Origin: Candidatus Bathyarchaeota archaeon
GTDB lineage: Archaea; Thermoproteota; Bathyarchaeia; Bathyarchaeales; Bathyarchaeaceae
Assembly (NCBI GenBank): GCA_020348865.1
Contig: CP070754.1
Location: 808,612-861,834, forward strand
Reading direction: 5' to 3'
DNA: 53,223 nt
Shown here: in pieces, positions 34,815-44,957 of the stretch
Layout of the letters: each line of letters starts with the position of its first letter
Numbering within the stretch: position 1 is the first letter of the stretch
The notes under the pieces: model-generated
What the model saw: the letters and a program-made list of their open reading frames with translations, nothing else
Told to the model about the DNA's origin: nothing
Databases searched by the model: none
Made by a program: the position numbers and the translations under genes

Positions 34815-36944
34815 GTGATGAAAATGCCGATTGCCGAATACAAATACAATCTGGGAACAGTTGAGAAAGGATACAACAACCGAACACTCTACATAAACCT
34901 CACAGACAATAGAATCACAAGTAAGACAGTCACCAGAAAAATGAAAGAAACCTTCATTGGTGGGCGAGGCTTCAATCTATGGTTATTGTGGAACGCTCTG
35001 CCCAAGAATCAGCTCGTCAAATGGAACGATCCAGAAAACGAGATATGCATTGCCTGTGGTCCTCTAGGTGGCACAACCCAATTCCCAGGAAGCGGAAAAA
35101 GCATCGCCGTCTCAATATCCCCTCTCACAGATTCCATAATAGACTCGAATGCTGGCGGATATTTCGGATCCTACCTTAAATTCTCCGGATGGGATGCACT
35201 GGAGATTCAAGGAAAAGCGAAGTCTGAAATAACGATATTCATTGATGGAGATAAAGGAAGCGTCCAGATTGTGGACGCCAAAAAATCTCCATCCGAAACC
35301 CACATACTCGGTGAGATTTTGACAGAAAAGTATGGTGGTGCAAATAAGCGCAGTGTTACGACTGTTTCCTCAGGTCCAGGCGCAGAGCATACGCGATTTG
35401 GAAGCCTCAACTTTTCATGGTTTGATTCCCAACGCAAAATCGTCAGATACAAACAAGCCGGAAGAGGCGGAATCGGCACAGTCTTCCGAGACAAGAAAAT
35501 AAAATCAATTGTGATCAAATTCTCTGGTCTCAAACCAGATAGTAATCACCCCGCGGATCCTGACACTCTCAAACAGGTTGGTCCTGCATATAACAGAGAA
35601 ATCAGGACACTTGACCCCAAACAGAACGAAATGTCAGTTTTGGGAACAACCCACTTAGTTGACATTATGGACAAATTCGACCTTCTCCCTACACATAACT
35701 TCAAGTTTGGACGTCATCCCAGAACATCTAGTCTCAGCGCAGAAGTATACCGGAAAAGATTTGATCCAGGCTTTGATGGATGCTGGATAGGATGTACAGT
35801 GGCGTGTTCACATGTAGTCAAGGATTTCAAACTCAAAACAGGTCCATTCAAAGGTAAGCGAGTCAACGTGGACGGACCAGAATATGAAACCATAGCTGGC
35901 GTCGGCAGCAACTGCGGAATCTTTGATGCAGACCATGTGATCGAGATGAACTTCTATTGTGACACCTATGGCTTAGACACGATTTCAGTTGGAACAGCGA
36001 CAGCTTTCGCTATGGAATGTTATGAGATGGGATTGATAGACAAGACGATCACTGGTGGTCTCGAATTGAATTTTGGAAACAAAGAAGCTGCGGTGAAGCT
36101 TGTTCATCAAATGGCTGAGGGAGTGGGATTTGGAGCGATTGTTGGTCAGGGCGTCCGCAGGATGAAGAAACTGTTTGCAGAGAAACACAGCGTCAAGCCT
36201 GAAGTTTTGCGGGATATTGGAATGGAAGCTAAGGGACTGGAATTTTCTGAGTATGTTACCAAAGAGTCCTTAGCACAGCAGGGTGGATACGGACTTGCGT
36301 CAAAGGGGCCACAACATGATGAATCATGGCTGATATTCTTGGATATGGTACAGAATTTGATTCCAACTTTCGAGCAGAAGGCAGAAGCCTTGCACTGGTT
36401 CCCGATGTTTCGAACTTGGTTTGGTTTGAATGGTTTGTGCAAACTTCCTTGGAACGATATCATACCTGAAGACAATAGGAATACGCCAGAACCCGCAAAA
36501 ATCATCGGTCATGTCGAGAACTACACGAAGTTTTTCCATGCAGTTACCGGCCGAAAAACTTCAGCGGATGATCTCATTCTGATGAGTGAAAAAGTATACA
36601 ATTTCCAGCGCATCTTCAATTTGAGGATGGGATTCGGTACGCGTGAGCACGATGATATACCTTACCGTGCAGTCGGACCTGTGACCGAGGAGGAATATGA
36701 GAGTCGGATGAAACGTTATGACCAGCAGCTCGAAGACAAGGTTGGGTATGACCCAACAGGCAGGCCGACAAAGGAGAAGCTGACCTTGTTGAGAAAATTC
36801 CGTGAAGGTGAATATGAGAAGCTCAAGGATGCAGTCTACGCGAGAAGAGGCTGGAATTCAAACGGTGTTCCGACCCTGCGCAAAGTGATGGAGCTAGGGA
36901 TAGATTTTCCTGATGTAGTTAAGCTTGTTGAGAAGTTTCAATGA
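34815..36944 (+). CDS. aldehyde:ferredoxin oxidoreductase family protein, long (709 aa) paralogue
   Basis: N-terminal TLYINLTDNRITSK...FIGGRGFNLWLLW, Cys motif GCWIGCTVACSH, GLCKLPW, and C-terminal YARRGWNSNGVPT. Roughly 80 aa longer than the 629-aa aor in this window. Confidence 0.85.
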   Translation: MMKMPIAEYKYNLGTVEKGYNNRTLYINLTDNRITSKTVTRKMKETFIGGRGFNLWLLWNALPKNQLVKWNDPENEICIACGPLGGTTQFPGSGKSIAVSISPLTDSIIDSNAGGYFGSYLKFSGWDALEIQGKAKSEITIFIDGDKGSVQIVDAKKSPSETHILGEILTEKYGGANKRSVTTVSSGPGAEHTRFGSLNFSWFDSQRKIVRYKQAGRGGIGTVFRDKKIKSIVIKFSGLKPDSNHPADPDTLKQVGPAYNREIRTLDPKQNEMSVLGTTHLVDIMDKFDLLPTHNFKFGRHPRTSSLSAEVYRKRFDPGFDGCWIGCTVACSHVVKDFKLKTGPFKGKRVNVDGPEYETIAGVGSNCGIFDADHVIEMNFYCDTYGLDTISVGTATAFAMECYEMGLIDKTITGGLELNFGNKEAAVKLVHQMAEGVGFGAIVGQGVRRMKKLFAEKHSVKPEVLRDIGMEAKGLEFSEYVTKESLAQQGGYGLASKGPQHDESWLIFLDMVQNLIPTFEQKAEALHWFPMFRTWFGLNGLCKLPWNDIIPEDNRNTPEPAKIIGHVENYTKFFHAVTGRKTSADDLILMSEKVYNFQRIFNLRMGFGTREHDDIPYRAVGPVTEEEYESRMKRYDQQLEDKVGYDPTGRPTKEKLTLLRKFREGEYEKLKDAVYARRGWNSNGVPTLRKVMELGIDFPDVVKLVEKFQ

Positions 36945-37125
36945 GTTAGCGTAGTTCATTACAGAATGAAATCTCTCTCAGTTTCTTTTCTTCTCCAGGT
37001 CAGTTTGTGATGTTATGTATGCATGCAGGTCTCCAGCAAAACCCCAAGAACCCTCTTGGAAACTAGTCAAACTGAGTGGTCTGTGTTTATACGCTTTGAT
37101 ACAAATGTCGTTGATTGGTCAATTG

Positions 37126-40059
37126 CTACCAGAATCTTCTTTTCAATGCGTTTCGCTCTGCTTCTATCACCAACTCGAAGAACCTGTTTGAAAGTGTCTT
37201 CTCCACCTTCAAAACTTCCTTCACATCACCAACCCGCAATCTACGCCCGCAAAAAGCTGCAATTGCCGGGAGACCAAACCTATCCACCAAGTTCGCTGTT
37301 TTGACAGCTCGCCCCCGGATTTTCTCTTCCTCTTTCGTCAGCCTCTCATCTTTCTTATCAATCAAGAACAAAGCTTGCTCCTCCTCCCCACGCAACACAC
37401 CCAACCTGCCAGAGCCACATCTCGGACAAACCGGATGCTCAGGCAAATCAATCACACGCAACATCTCCACGTAGTCCCAACAGCTGCAGCACACAAGAGT
37501 TCGAACTTCATTCAGCAATCTGGCTCTCGTTGACTCTATCAGAATCCGTTTCATACGCTCCGGCCGGATCAGATCGGTCTTCATGCTCATCTTCTCTATA
37601 CCAACTCGAGCAACAGGACTCGCCTCTCCCTCAGTTTCCAACTTGGCTACGGTAACTTCGCCGCTTCGAACTTCGCTCAGAATACGAAGTAAATGCTCTA
37701 AATCCAAGTCCTTCGTGAAAACCTCTTTCAAAGCCTCATCATAAATTGCAGTTCCTTCAAAACTTTTCATCAACTTCGAAAGACTCACACGACTGAAATC
37801 AACCCACTTCATCAAGGCCCCAAAACGACGGGCAACATGGACCATACGACGCTTGAAAATGCCAGTCCGAACAGCAGCCTTCGCTAGAAGATCCCGAACA
37901 GCCAACTCCTCTAGCTGACTCAACTCCCCAAGCAAAGCCACAATGCGTTCCGAAGTCGCCTGTCCCCCAGTTTGGACAAGAATACGATACGGATCGTGTT
38001 GAACAGCTACACCAGCTCCAAACTCCTCAGACAAAAAGTGTCCAACCAGCTGAGCCAAAGCACGATTCGCCAAAGAACCGAAATGGCAGTGGGCGATCAC
38101 GAAATCCTCCCAGTCCTCAACCAAAATTCGCCTGTCAGAAGGAACTAGGAAACCTTTCTGCACATGCTCAACTGTCTCCGCCAAAGCTCTCAAAATTGTA
38201 TTTCGGTCGGCTGGATATTCCTCTGTAAATCGAATAGCGATCTCTTCAGGCTGCGCTCCAACTTTTACCTGTTTTTCTACTTGTCCTCTTATTCGCCCAA
38301 CCTCTTGTGCTACCATAAAGGGAACAGGAATCTCTTCTCCGACCCAGCTTGGAATAGCTCCGGTCGGGTCGTCGACAGCTTTCACGTATATGTGGTCACC
38401 TGTCACATTCAAGATTTTCCATGGGGTCCCACGGATGATAAATTTCACGCTGGGTCTGCCGTATTCCGCCACAAAAGCTTCATCAAGGACCCCTACAGCT
38501 CCGTCCGAGGTTTCCTCTACCACTAGGTACTTCTTTTCTGCTGGAATCATGGACAGGTTCTCAAAGTAATACTCATACATAGCCTTCGTCCGGCGAGGCT
38601 TAATTGCCACTTTATCCTCAAACGAAACCCAAGCAAACCTTGGAAAACGCTGGTGCATGTACGCCAAGACTTTCTGAATGTCTTCCACCGTCAAGTCGGC
38701 ATAAGGGTAGGCGTTCCTAAACAAATCATGGATTTCATAGAAGTTCCAACGCCTCTTTTTCATTAACAATCCGATAATCTGGTGCGCTAAAGCGTCATAG
38801 GGTTTATGTGGAACGTCTACAGGTTCCAGGTCCTCCTCGCTAGCCATACGAGCGATAGTCATGGCCTCCAGCGTATCATCAGAATCCATGGTGATGATGA
38901 TTCCTCTGGCAGTCCGCCCTATTCGGTGTCCGCTTCTGCCCACTCGCTGTATCAACCGAGTAACCTGTCGAGGGCTCATGTACTGAATGACCATATCAAT
39001 GCGACCGATATCGATTCCCAACTCCAAAGACGAGGTGGCGACGAGTCCTCGCAGCTCTCCGCTTTTCAGCCCCCGTTCGGCTGCAATTCGTGAAGGCTTG
39101 GCCAAAGACCCATGATGAATAGATACGGGGAATTTTATGTCCCAAACTTTAAATCTACTTGCCAGCACCTCCGAGACAGCACGGGTGTTGGTGAAAAGAA
39201 GAACGGATTTGTGGCTCTCAAGGAACTTGCGGATTATGCGAAGACGGGCAGCAACCTCTGGGTGAGTGAAGAGCGTTGAAGCGAGTTCATAGTCTCTGGA
39301 TTCAGGTTTTGGGAAGAGTATTTTCAGCTTTGTGAGTCGGGTAACGGAAACCCTTACAATTTCAACATCGCGTTCATTACCTACAAGGAATTGAGCCACC
39401 CTCTTTGGGCTACCGATTGTGGCAGACAGGCCGATCATCTGGAATTCCCTTCCTGTGACCCATCGAAGCCTCTCAAGAGCTAGGGACAGTTGGCTTCCTC
39501 GTTTGCTGTCCGCCATCTCATGAACTTCGTCTACGATTACCCATCCGACGTTGCTGAGGTGTTGGCGCATCAATCTACCCGGCAGAATTGCTTGTAGCGT
39601 TTCTGGTGTGGTGATTAGCATGTCTGGCGGGCTGCGAGCTTGTTTTGTGCGCTCTTTCGTGTCAGTATCACCATGTCTGACGGCTAGTCTAATGTCTAGG
39701 TTGTTGCACCACCATTCGAGTCGTTCGAGCAGGTCTCGGTTTAATGCTTTCAGTGGTGTAATGTACAGAATGTTGATTCCGCGTGGTCTCTCAGCTTTCT
39801 TGATAAGCATGTTGAGGACCGGTAGAACAGCTGCTTCGGTTTTTCCTGTGGCTGTCGGCGATATAAGAAGAACATTTTTTCCTTCCAAAATCTTCGGCAT
39901 AGTCTTCTTCTGAGGCTCTGTTGGAGCCTTGAATCCTCTCTGTTCTATCAATCGGCGAATAGGTTTGAGTAGGTTCTTGAAAGGGTTGTTCAGATTTTCG
40001 TTCAAGAAGGCCAGCAGCCTGGAAGCACAGAAGGATAGAACGAAAGCGTGTAAAAGCAT
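37126..40059 (-). CDS. lhr: Lhr-type large DEAD/DEAH-box helicase
   Basis: 977 aa. Motifs SPTATGKTEAA, DEVH, GLSATIG, HHGSL and QRVGRSGH. Long C-terminal domain with a CxxC...CPRCG zinc ribbon. Alternative TTG start at 40005. Confidence 0.85.
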   Translation of the reverse strand: MLLHAFVLSFCASRLLAFLNENLNNPFKNLLKPIRRLIEQRGFKAPTEPQKKTMPKILEGKNVLLISPTATGKTEAAVLPVLNMLIKKAERPRGINILYITPLKALNRDLLERLEWWCNNLDIRLAVRHGDTDTKERTKQARSPPDMLITTPETLQAILPGRLMRQHLSNVGWVIVDEVHEMADSKRGSQLSLALERLRWVTGREFQMIGLSATIGSPKRVAQFLVGNERDVEIVRVSVTRLTKLKILFPKPESRDYELASTLFTHPEVAARLRIIRKFLESHKSVLLFTNTRAVSEVLASRFKVWDIKFPVSIHHGSLAKPSRIAAERGLKSGELRGLVATSSLELGIDIGRIDMVIQYMSPRQVTRLIQRVGRSGHRIGRTARGIIITMDSDDTLEAMTIARMASEEDLEPVDVPHKPYDALAHQIIGLLMKKRRWNFYEIHDLFRNAYPYADLTVEDIQKVLAYMHQRFPRFAWVSFEDKVAIKPRRTKAMYEYYFENLSMIPAEKKYLVVEETSDGAVGVLDEAFVAEYGRPSVKFIIRGTPWKILNVTGDHIYVKAVDDPTGAIPSWVGEEIPVPFMVAQEVGRIRGQVEKQVKVGAQPEEIAIRFTEEYPADRNTILRALAETVEHVQKGFLVPSDRRILVEDWEDFVIAHCHFGSLANRALAQLVGHFLSEEFGAGVAVQHDPYRILVQTGGQATSERIVALLGELSQLEELAVRDLLAKAAVRTGIFKRRMVHVARRFGALMKWVDFSRVSLSKLMKSFEGTAIYDEALKEVFTKDLDLEHLLRILSEVRSGEVTVAKLETEGEASPVARVGIEKMSMKTDLIRPERMKRILIESTRARLLNEVRTLVCCSCWDYVEMLRVIDLPEHPVCPRCGSGRLGVLRGEEEQALFLIDKKDERLTKEEEKIRGRAVKTANLVDRFGLPAIAAFCGRRLRVGDVKEVLKVEKTLSNRFFELVIEAERNALKRRFW

Positions 40060-40131
40060 TTTGGAAATCTAAAGCATTTAGGTACCTCGCACGCGCACTA
40101 CAAAAAGACTGTAGTTCTTTTTCCATGGATT

Positions 40132-40165
40132 GTGGAGATGTCCCCCTCATTTCCCCTCTTTTTTT
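40132..40165 (+). repeat. intergenic C-rich/oligo-T element, copy 1
   Basis: GTGGAGATGTCCCCCTCATTTCCCCTCTTTTTTT, between the lhr start and the nitroreductase start. Confidence 0.8.
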
Positions 40166-40225
40166 ATATGCATTGTTACAAAAGTCTTAAGCAATCACTC
40201 CGAAATTAGATGAAAAACATGGACG

Positions 40226-40852
40226 GTGAATTACTATATGGAGTTCTATGAAGCTGTCAATAAGCGACGAAGTGTCAGGGAGTTTCAGACAAGACCTGTG
40301 GAAAAAGGGAAACTTCGGAGAGTCTTAGAAGCAGGGCTAAAAGCCCCTTCCCACAATCATCTGAGAGAATGGGAATTCATTCTCATCAAAGACATTGATA
40401 GACGGAAAGAAGTGTTTAAGTTAGAGCCAAGCAGTCGTGATTTTACAGATGAGATGGTGAACGAATGGGCTAAGGATGCACCGAATGAATCAGTGAAAGA
40501 TATGTATCTTAAGGCTTTGCCAATCCAGAGAAGAATGCTGATGAATGCACCTGAACTGCTTGTAGTCTGTTTTCGATTGAAAAAAACCCTTAAGGAGTGT
40601 AGGACACTTTTTGACCTGAATTGCTTTGCTTCTGTGTGGGCTTGTATCGAGAATATTCTGCTAGCAATGGCAGCAGAGGGCTTGTATGGTGTGACCAAAA
40701 TACCCTACGAGACTATTTCCCTCAAAAAAGCATTGCGTCTTCCAGAGGATTACGAGGTTGCAGCCATAATCCCCATAGGATACCCCGAAGGTCATTTGGT
40801 GAGGCAGAAAACGGTCTCGCTACAGGAAAAAACGCATCATGACAAGTGGTAA
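40226..40852 (+). CDS. nitroreductase-family protein
   Basis: 208 aa. FYEAVNKRRSVREFQTRPVE...LEAGLKAPSHNHLREWEFILIKD. Confidence 0.8.
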   Translation: MNYYMEFYEAVNKRRSVREFQTRPVEKGKLRRVLEAGLKAPSHNHLREWEFILIKDIDRRKEVFKLEPSSRDFTDEMVNEWAKDAPNESVKDMYLKALPIQRRMLMNAPELLVVCFRLKKTLKECRTLFDLNCFASVWACIENILLAMAAEGLYGVTKIPYETISLKKALRLPEDYEVAAIIPIGYPEGHLVRQKTVSLQEKTHHDKW

Positions 40853-41580
40853 TACTCACATATATGCGAAAAGGAACGTTGTGTAATTCAATGATAATGA
40901 GGTCAGAACGTATGAAAGAGAGTGGATATACAGAAGGACAAGTGCTTGATCTGGCCAGAAGAGCTTACGAAGAGGGAACCGCTAGCTTTGACGTTGCCCC
41001 AGAGAAATGTGCTCTACTCGTCATTGATATGCAAGATGAGTTTGTTAAACCAAACTGGACACCGGATTGGGTTCCAGAAGCAACTAGACAAGTCCCACAC
41101 ATCAAGAGACTCATAGAACATTGTAGAAAAAAGGGGATACCCGTCATCTTCACCGTATATTCAAAGACACACAAATGTCTTGACCGCCCAAAAACCGGTC
41201 CTTTGATGCCTGGGCGCTACTCAGATCTGGAAGTGGACAGGTCGAGGTTTTTTGTGGAAGGCCATGTTTGGCATGAACTTGCACCAAGGGATGATGAAAT
41301 AGTAATCCACAAACCCTCCTATGGCGCTTTCTATGATACTCCGTTAGAGACCATTCTCAAAAATCTTGGAAAAGATACCGTCATAATCTGTGGAACGATA
41401 ACAAACTATTGCTGCGGGACTACAGCTCGGCAAGCCTACGAAAGAAGCTTCAAAGTCGTGTTCGGAAGCGACGTAACGTCATCCGACGTTCCGGATATGC
41501 AGGAACCTGAATTGAAGATGTTGAGGAAGGGGTTTGCAAAGGTTCTGACTGCTGATGAGATCATAGAAATGTTGGAATAA
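40846..41580 (+). CDS. isochorismatase-family cysteine hydrolase
   Basis: CALLVIDMQDEFV and VIICGTITNYCCGTTARQAYE blocks. The likely start is ATG 40912, preceded by GAGGT. Confidence 0.8.
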   Translation: MVILTYMRKGTLCNSMIMRSERMKESGYTEGQVLDLARRAYEEGTASFDVAPEKCALLVIDMQDEFVKPNWTPDWVPEATRQVPHIKRLIEHCRKKGIPVIFTVYSKTHKCLDRPKTGPLMPGRYSDLEVDRSRFFVEGHVWHELAPRDDEIVIHKPSYGAFYDTPLETILKNLGKDTVIICGTITNYCCGTTARQAYERSFKVVFGSDVTSSDVPDMQEPELKMLRKGFAKVLTADEIIEMLE

Positions 41581-41778
41581 ACTGGCGTCTACTTGCGTGT
41601 ACGGCGTCTACGGGATACATTTGCCGAAATGTACCATCACATTGTTGCTGAACATTCTGTTTTGGAAACGATCCCTCTTTTTTCCGTAGGATGCATAAAT
41701 GTGAAGATATCTAGAGGATTGTTCCAGAAACGAAAAATACTCAGAGCACACTTAGTTTCATATGGAACAGTGAACGGA

Positions 41779-42318
41779 ATGAGACTGCAGGCAGTTCTAG
41801 GAATATTCATGGCAATGTTTCTTATCAACATTGTAAGCGTGATGCCCGTTTCTGCCCGACCAACGGTTGGAAGTGGCGCTTTCACTGCTTCGTATATGAA
41901 ATACTACCCACCAGACTTCGGTGCCAACGCATATTATGGCGATGACATGTGTTTGGAGTACACGGTCACAGTTCATTGGACTAGCATAACTTACTTGAAT
42001 GGTGATGTCCGACAGACCCTTACGGCAAGTGGAACCGTAGACGTTTACTACTTGACAAATCTGACTAACTCGATAGACACAAGAAGCTGTTCAGCTTCAT
42101 TGAGTTTCTATGATGCGGGAGGAGACGCTTGCATTGGGGAAGCAGGAGCCTTCTATGAGGTTGACTGGGATCCTTCATCATTGCAGAAGATGGAAAGACT
42201 CCATCACCTTCATCAAGTTTCAGGCGTCTACGTACGCATAGCTTGGATACGGAACGGGGTAGGATGGGGAAAAGCGGTTGCGTTCACCCACCCCCCAACA
42301 ATTTTGATAGTGGACTAA
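41779..42318 (+). CDS. hypothetical secreted protein
   Basis: The ORF is open from 41593, but ATG 41779 gives a signal-peptide-like N-terminus (MRLQAVLGIFMAMFLINIVSVMPVSARP). No family recognised. Confidence 0.5.
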   Translation: MRLQAVLGIFMAMFLINIVSVMPVSARPTVGSGAFTASYMKYYPPDFGANAYYGDDMCLEYTVTVHWTSITYLNGDVRQTLTASGTVDVYYLTNLTNSIDTRSCSASLSFYDAGGDACIGEAGAFYEVDWDPSSLQKMERLHHLHQVSGVYVRIAWIRNGVGWGKAVAFTHPPTILIVD

Positions 42319-42364
42319 CGAGCACACTACGAAAAGACCATAGAAAGTTTTTTTTCCATGTGCA

Positions 42365-42396
42365 GTGGTGACGTCCCCCGCAATTCCCCTCTTTTT
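42365..42396 (+). repeat. intergenic C-rich/oligo-T element, copy 2
   Basis: GTGGTGACGTCCCCCGCAATTCCCCTCTTTTT, 47 nt after the stop at 42318. Confidence 0.8.
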
Positions 42397-42519
42397 CTAT
42401 GCTGTTGTTCGCTTCATAGCGAATGTATGCATGTTATAGAACTTTCTTTCTCAAATCTTAACTACAAGTTCCAGTATTGAATGATGTGATAATAGAGGGA
42501 GAATGGAGATGATGATGAA

Positions 42520-43854
42520 ATGATAGGAACTAAAGTAGTAAAAGCTGTGATCCTATTGCTTATACTCGGCGTCTTGCCTAGCACCACCCTTGTTATGCCT
42601 GTATCGGCCACTCCAGACTTTGTGTGGGCCGTTTGTGCTGCGGAAGAACCTACAATTCTTACAGGTAGCGCTGGAGGTGATTTCTACCAGGAAAATGGTC
42701 AGCAGTACATGCGAGTGGATGTTAATTATGGCATTGTAGGCTGGTCTATCCTTTGGACAGGTGTGATTCCCTTTGCAATAGGTAAGGAATTCGACATAGT
42801 CGAGTCGGATGCTCCTAGTGTAGTACATCACGTAGATGGTCCATGGTGGACGAATCCGTTCGTTCCCATACAGGGGGAGCAATCCTGCGCCACTGGCCCC
42901 CTAATAATTTCCCCCATCGGAATGGAATCATTCTATGTTATATGCCAGAGAATAGACTATGGAAGCGATATAGCGTGGTCTCAACTCGGTGCAGTCTTAT
43001 ATACGGGCTATCCTGTAGCTTGGGACTATGACTTTCAAGTATTAGATCTCCCTGGAGATGCAGGAATATCTGGCGATGCGGGTGATACCTTCAATGATGC
43101 AACTCCGATAAGTCTAGGTCACCATGGGGGAGGTGCAGACAAAGACAATGACCCAGACGATTACTATAGGTTCAACGTAGATTCGGGGCGGCGATTATAT
43201 ATAGGAATGACACCACCGAGCCCTTATGACTACGACCTCTACCTTTACGATCCTGCGGGTACTCTGAAGGCGTCTTCAGCCAACACCGGATCTGCATCTG
43301 AATACATCCAGTTCGACACAGACTCTTCAGGTGATTGGAGAGTCCGAATCAGAGTATGGAGCTACGGTGGAGTTGGATTATATTCTTTCTACGTTTCAGC
43401 TGGTGGCGGAGGTGGATGTCCTGTGCTCTCAGTTTACAACGGAACAGGATACGTTGAAGAGGGATTACTCGACATACACAACCCTGATGACATAGATGAA
43501 ATCACAAGCCATACTCTAATCCATACACCTGGACCTGTGGAAAACAGATACTTGCTGCGGCTGACAGAGCATCCCCAGACCTACAGTCACCTGGACCAGG
43601 TGCGACTATTCGCCATGTTGACGAACGGAACTGAAGTCAAACTGCCGTTGGTTTCGGCCATTCATTCAGAAGATGGAACTGTTAAGCAGGAACTGCTTGT
43701 GAGCGACGACGTGAGAGCGGTCATGTTAGGGGAAGACTGGAACAACGGCACAAGCCAATATATAGACCTAAAGTTTGTAGCGCCAGAAGAACTTGAAATC
43801 GAAACGTTCACATTCATCATTGAAGGACACAACAAACCTTTGAAAATTCCTTAG
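42520..43854 (+). CDS. secreted protein with a pre-peptidase C-terminal (PPC)-like beta domain
   Basis: Signal peptide MIGTKVVKAVILLLILGVLPSTTLVMPVSA. Central block DPDDYYRFNVDSGRRLYIGMTPP..YDYDLYLYDPAGTLKASS...GDWRVRIRVWSYGG is typical of PPC domains. A Gly5 linker precedes an unassigned C-terminal domain. Confidence 0.7.
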   Translation: MIGTKVVKAVILLLILGVLPSTTLVMPVSATPDFVWAVCAAEEPTILTGSAGGDFYQENGQQYMRVDVNYGIVGWSILWTGVIPFAIGKEFDIVESDAPSVVHHVDGPWWTNPFVPIQGEQSCATGPLIISPIGMESFYVICQRIDYGSDIAWSQLGAVLYTGYPVAWDYDFQVLDLPGDAGISGDAGDTFNDATPISLGHHGGGADKDNDPDDYYRFNVDSGRRLYIGMTPPSPYDYDLYLYDPAGTLKASSANTGSASEYIQFDTDSSGDWRVRIRVWSYGGVGLYSFYVSAGGGGGCPVLSVYNGTGYVEEGLLDIHNPDDIDEITSHTLIHTPGPVENRYLLRLTEHPQTYSHLDQVRLFAMLTNGTEVKLPLVSAIHSEDGTVKQELLVSDDVRAVMLGEDWNNGTSQYIDLKFVAPEELEIETFTFIIEGHNKPLKIP

Positions 43855-43973
43855 TAAACTAACAAAGAACAATGACCTCCCCAAATCTCCTTTTTGTGTT
43901 TAATATCAAGCCTACACGAAAGCAGATGCTGGTTTCTTCTAGAAACCCTAGATTTCCGGGATTTCGCAGTCGA

Positions 43974-44005
43974 GTGGAGATATCCCCCGCAATTCCCCCT
44001 TTTTT
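43974..44005 (+). repeat. intergenic C-rich/oligo-T element, copy 3
   Basis: GTGGAGATATCCCCCGCAATTCCCCCTTTTTT. Confidence 0.8.
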
Positions 44006-44132
44006 CTTCTTTTCCTCAAAATCACATACAGACAAGCAAAGAGATTGAGAAAATCAAACGAATCTACGACAAGGCTAACCTCAAAGTGTTATCTTAACCC
44101 GCCCGCATTCTGAACGAAAGATACAAGCCAAA

Positions 44133-44726
44133 TCAATCTTCTTCCATGAGTTGCTCATACTCATCTTTCAAGTGCTTCTCTTCTTCGCTCAGCTTCTCAT
44201 ATTCTTCTTCAGTGGGTTCCTGATGCTCTTCCTTTGAAAGCTTCTCTTTTCTCTCTGAAATCCGCTTCTTTCCAAAGTAAGCTTTCACCTCTGGTCTTGT
44301 CAAAGAATAAATCACTACAATACTCAGAACGATGTCAGCCACATCCATAAGGCGGTGCCCAAACCCTGCAACAATCATCGCAACGAGTGATACGCCTCCC
44401 TGGACAAGTAAAGGAAGACCCAGCACCGAGATGACAATTCCCAGTATCCGAGCCCACCCCTTAGCCAGCAGAATGCCATAAGCAACGGACATATTGACCA
44501 AAGCACCAGCCAACGAAATGATAAACATAAGGAGAATCAGGATGACAAATCCTCCAGGTGTATATCCTGGTTGACCAGAACCTCCTTGCATGAGCATCCA
44601 CAGAGAAATGAATGTAAGAACGAAAAAAAGTGCGTGTGACCCATAGAAGAGCACGAGCAACTTGACAAGTCTTGGTCTCCCAACCAAGCTATGTCCCACT
44701 CCATTCATTTTCATAAAGTGAAGCAC
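44133..44726 (-). CDS. hypothetical membrane protein with an acidic C-terminal tail
   Basis: 197 aa. About 5 TM helices, then EEHQEPTEEEYEKLSEEEKHLKDEYEQLMEED. Confidence 0.6.
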   Translation of the reverse strand: MLHFMKMNGVGHSLVGRPRLVKLLVLFYGSHALFFVLTFISLWMLMQGGSGQPGYTPGGFVILILLMFIISLAGALVNMSVAYGILLAKGWARILGIVISVLGLPLLVQGGVSLVAMIVAGFGHRLMDVADIVLSIVVIYSLTRPEVKAYFGKKRISERKEKLSKEEHQEPTEEEYEKLSEEEKHLKDEYEQLMEED

Positions 44727-44868
44727 CCATTTCTTTCACTAATGAATGAAGCACACTTAAGATTTGGGTAATCTGCGTTCAGAATCTGTTGAACTCATGC
44801 GACTGTTAGCTCATTTATGGTGAATCTGATACTACTGAAGCGGCAGCGTCTGTTCTAACGTTCCTACT

Positions 44869-44900
44869 GTAGAGATATCCCCCGCAATTCCCCATTTTTT
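44869..44900 (+). repeat. intergenic C-rich/oligo-T element, copy 4
   Basis: GTAGAGATATCCCCCGCAATTCCCCATTTTTT. Confidence 0.8.
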
Positions 44901-44957
44901 GCAAGTATCCTAACATGGATTCGAATAAGGTCAAGATTTCCATAATTTTCTTATCAC

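Noticed and set aside
37023-37474. + strand ORFs (93 and 119 aa) at the 3' end of lhr
   Set aside because: They overlap the helicase C-terminal zinc-ribbon region on the opposite strand, and the translations are low complexity.
39791-40150. 119-aa minus-strand ORF starting inside repeat copy 1 (MRGTSPQSMEKE...)
   Set aside because: It overlaps the lhr 5' region out of frame. Its start is created by the repeat sequence itself, and equivalent frames in other copies hit stops within a few codons.
43931-43947. Perfect 7-bp stem with a 3-nt loop (GGTTTCT-TCT-AGAAACC) downstream of the PPC-domain gene; possible terminator hairpin
   Set aside because: It is a single occurrence. Archaeal termination generally relies on T-tracts rather than hairpins, and no similar hairpin accompanies the other repeat copies.
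43894-44097. 67-aa + strand ORF spanning repeat copy 3
   Set aside because: The repeat is read in different frames in different copies. There is no RBS and the composition is not protein-like.
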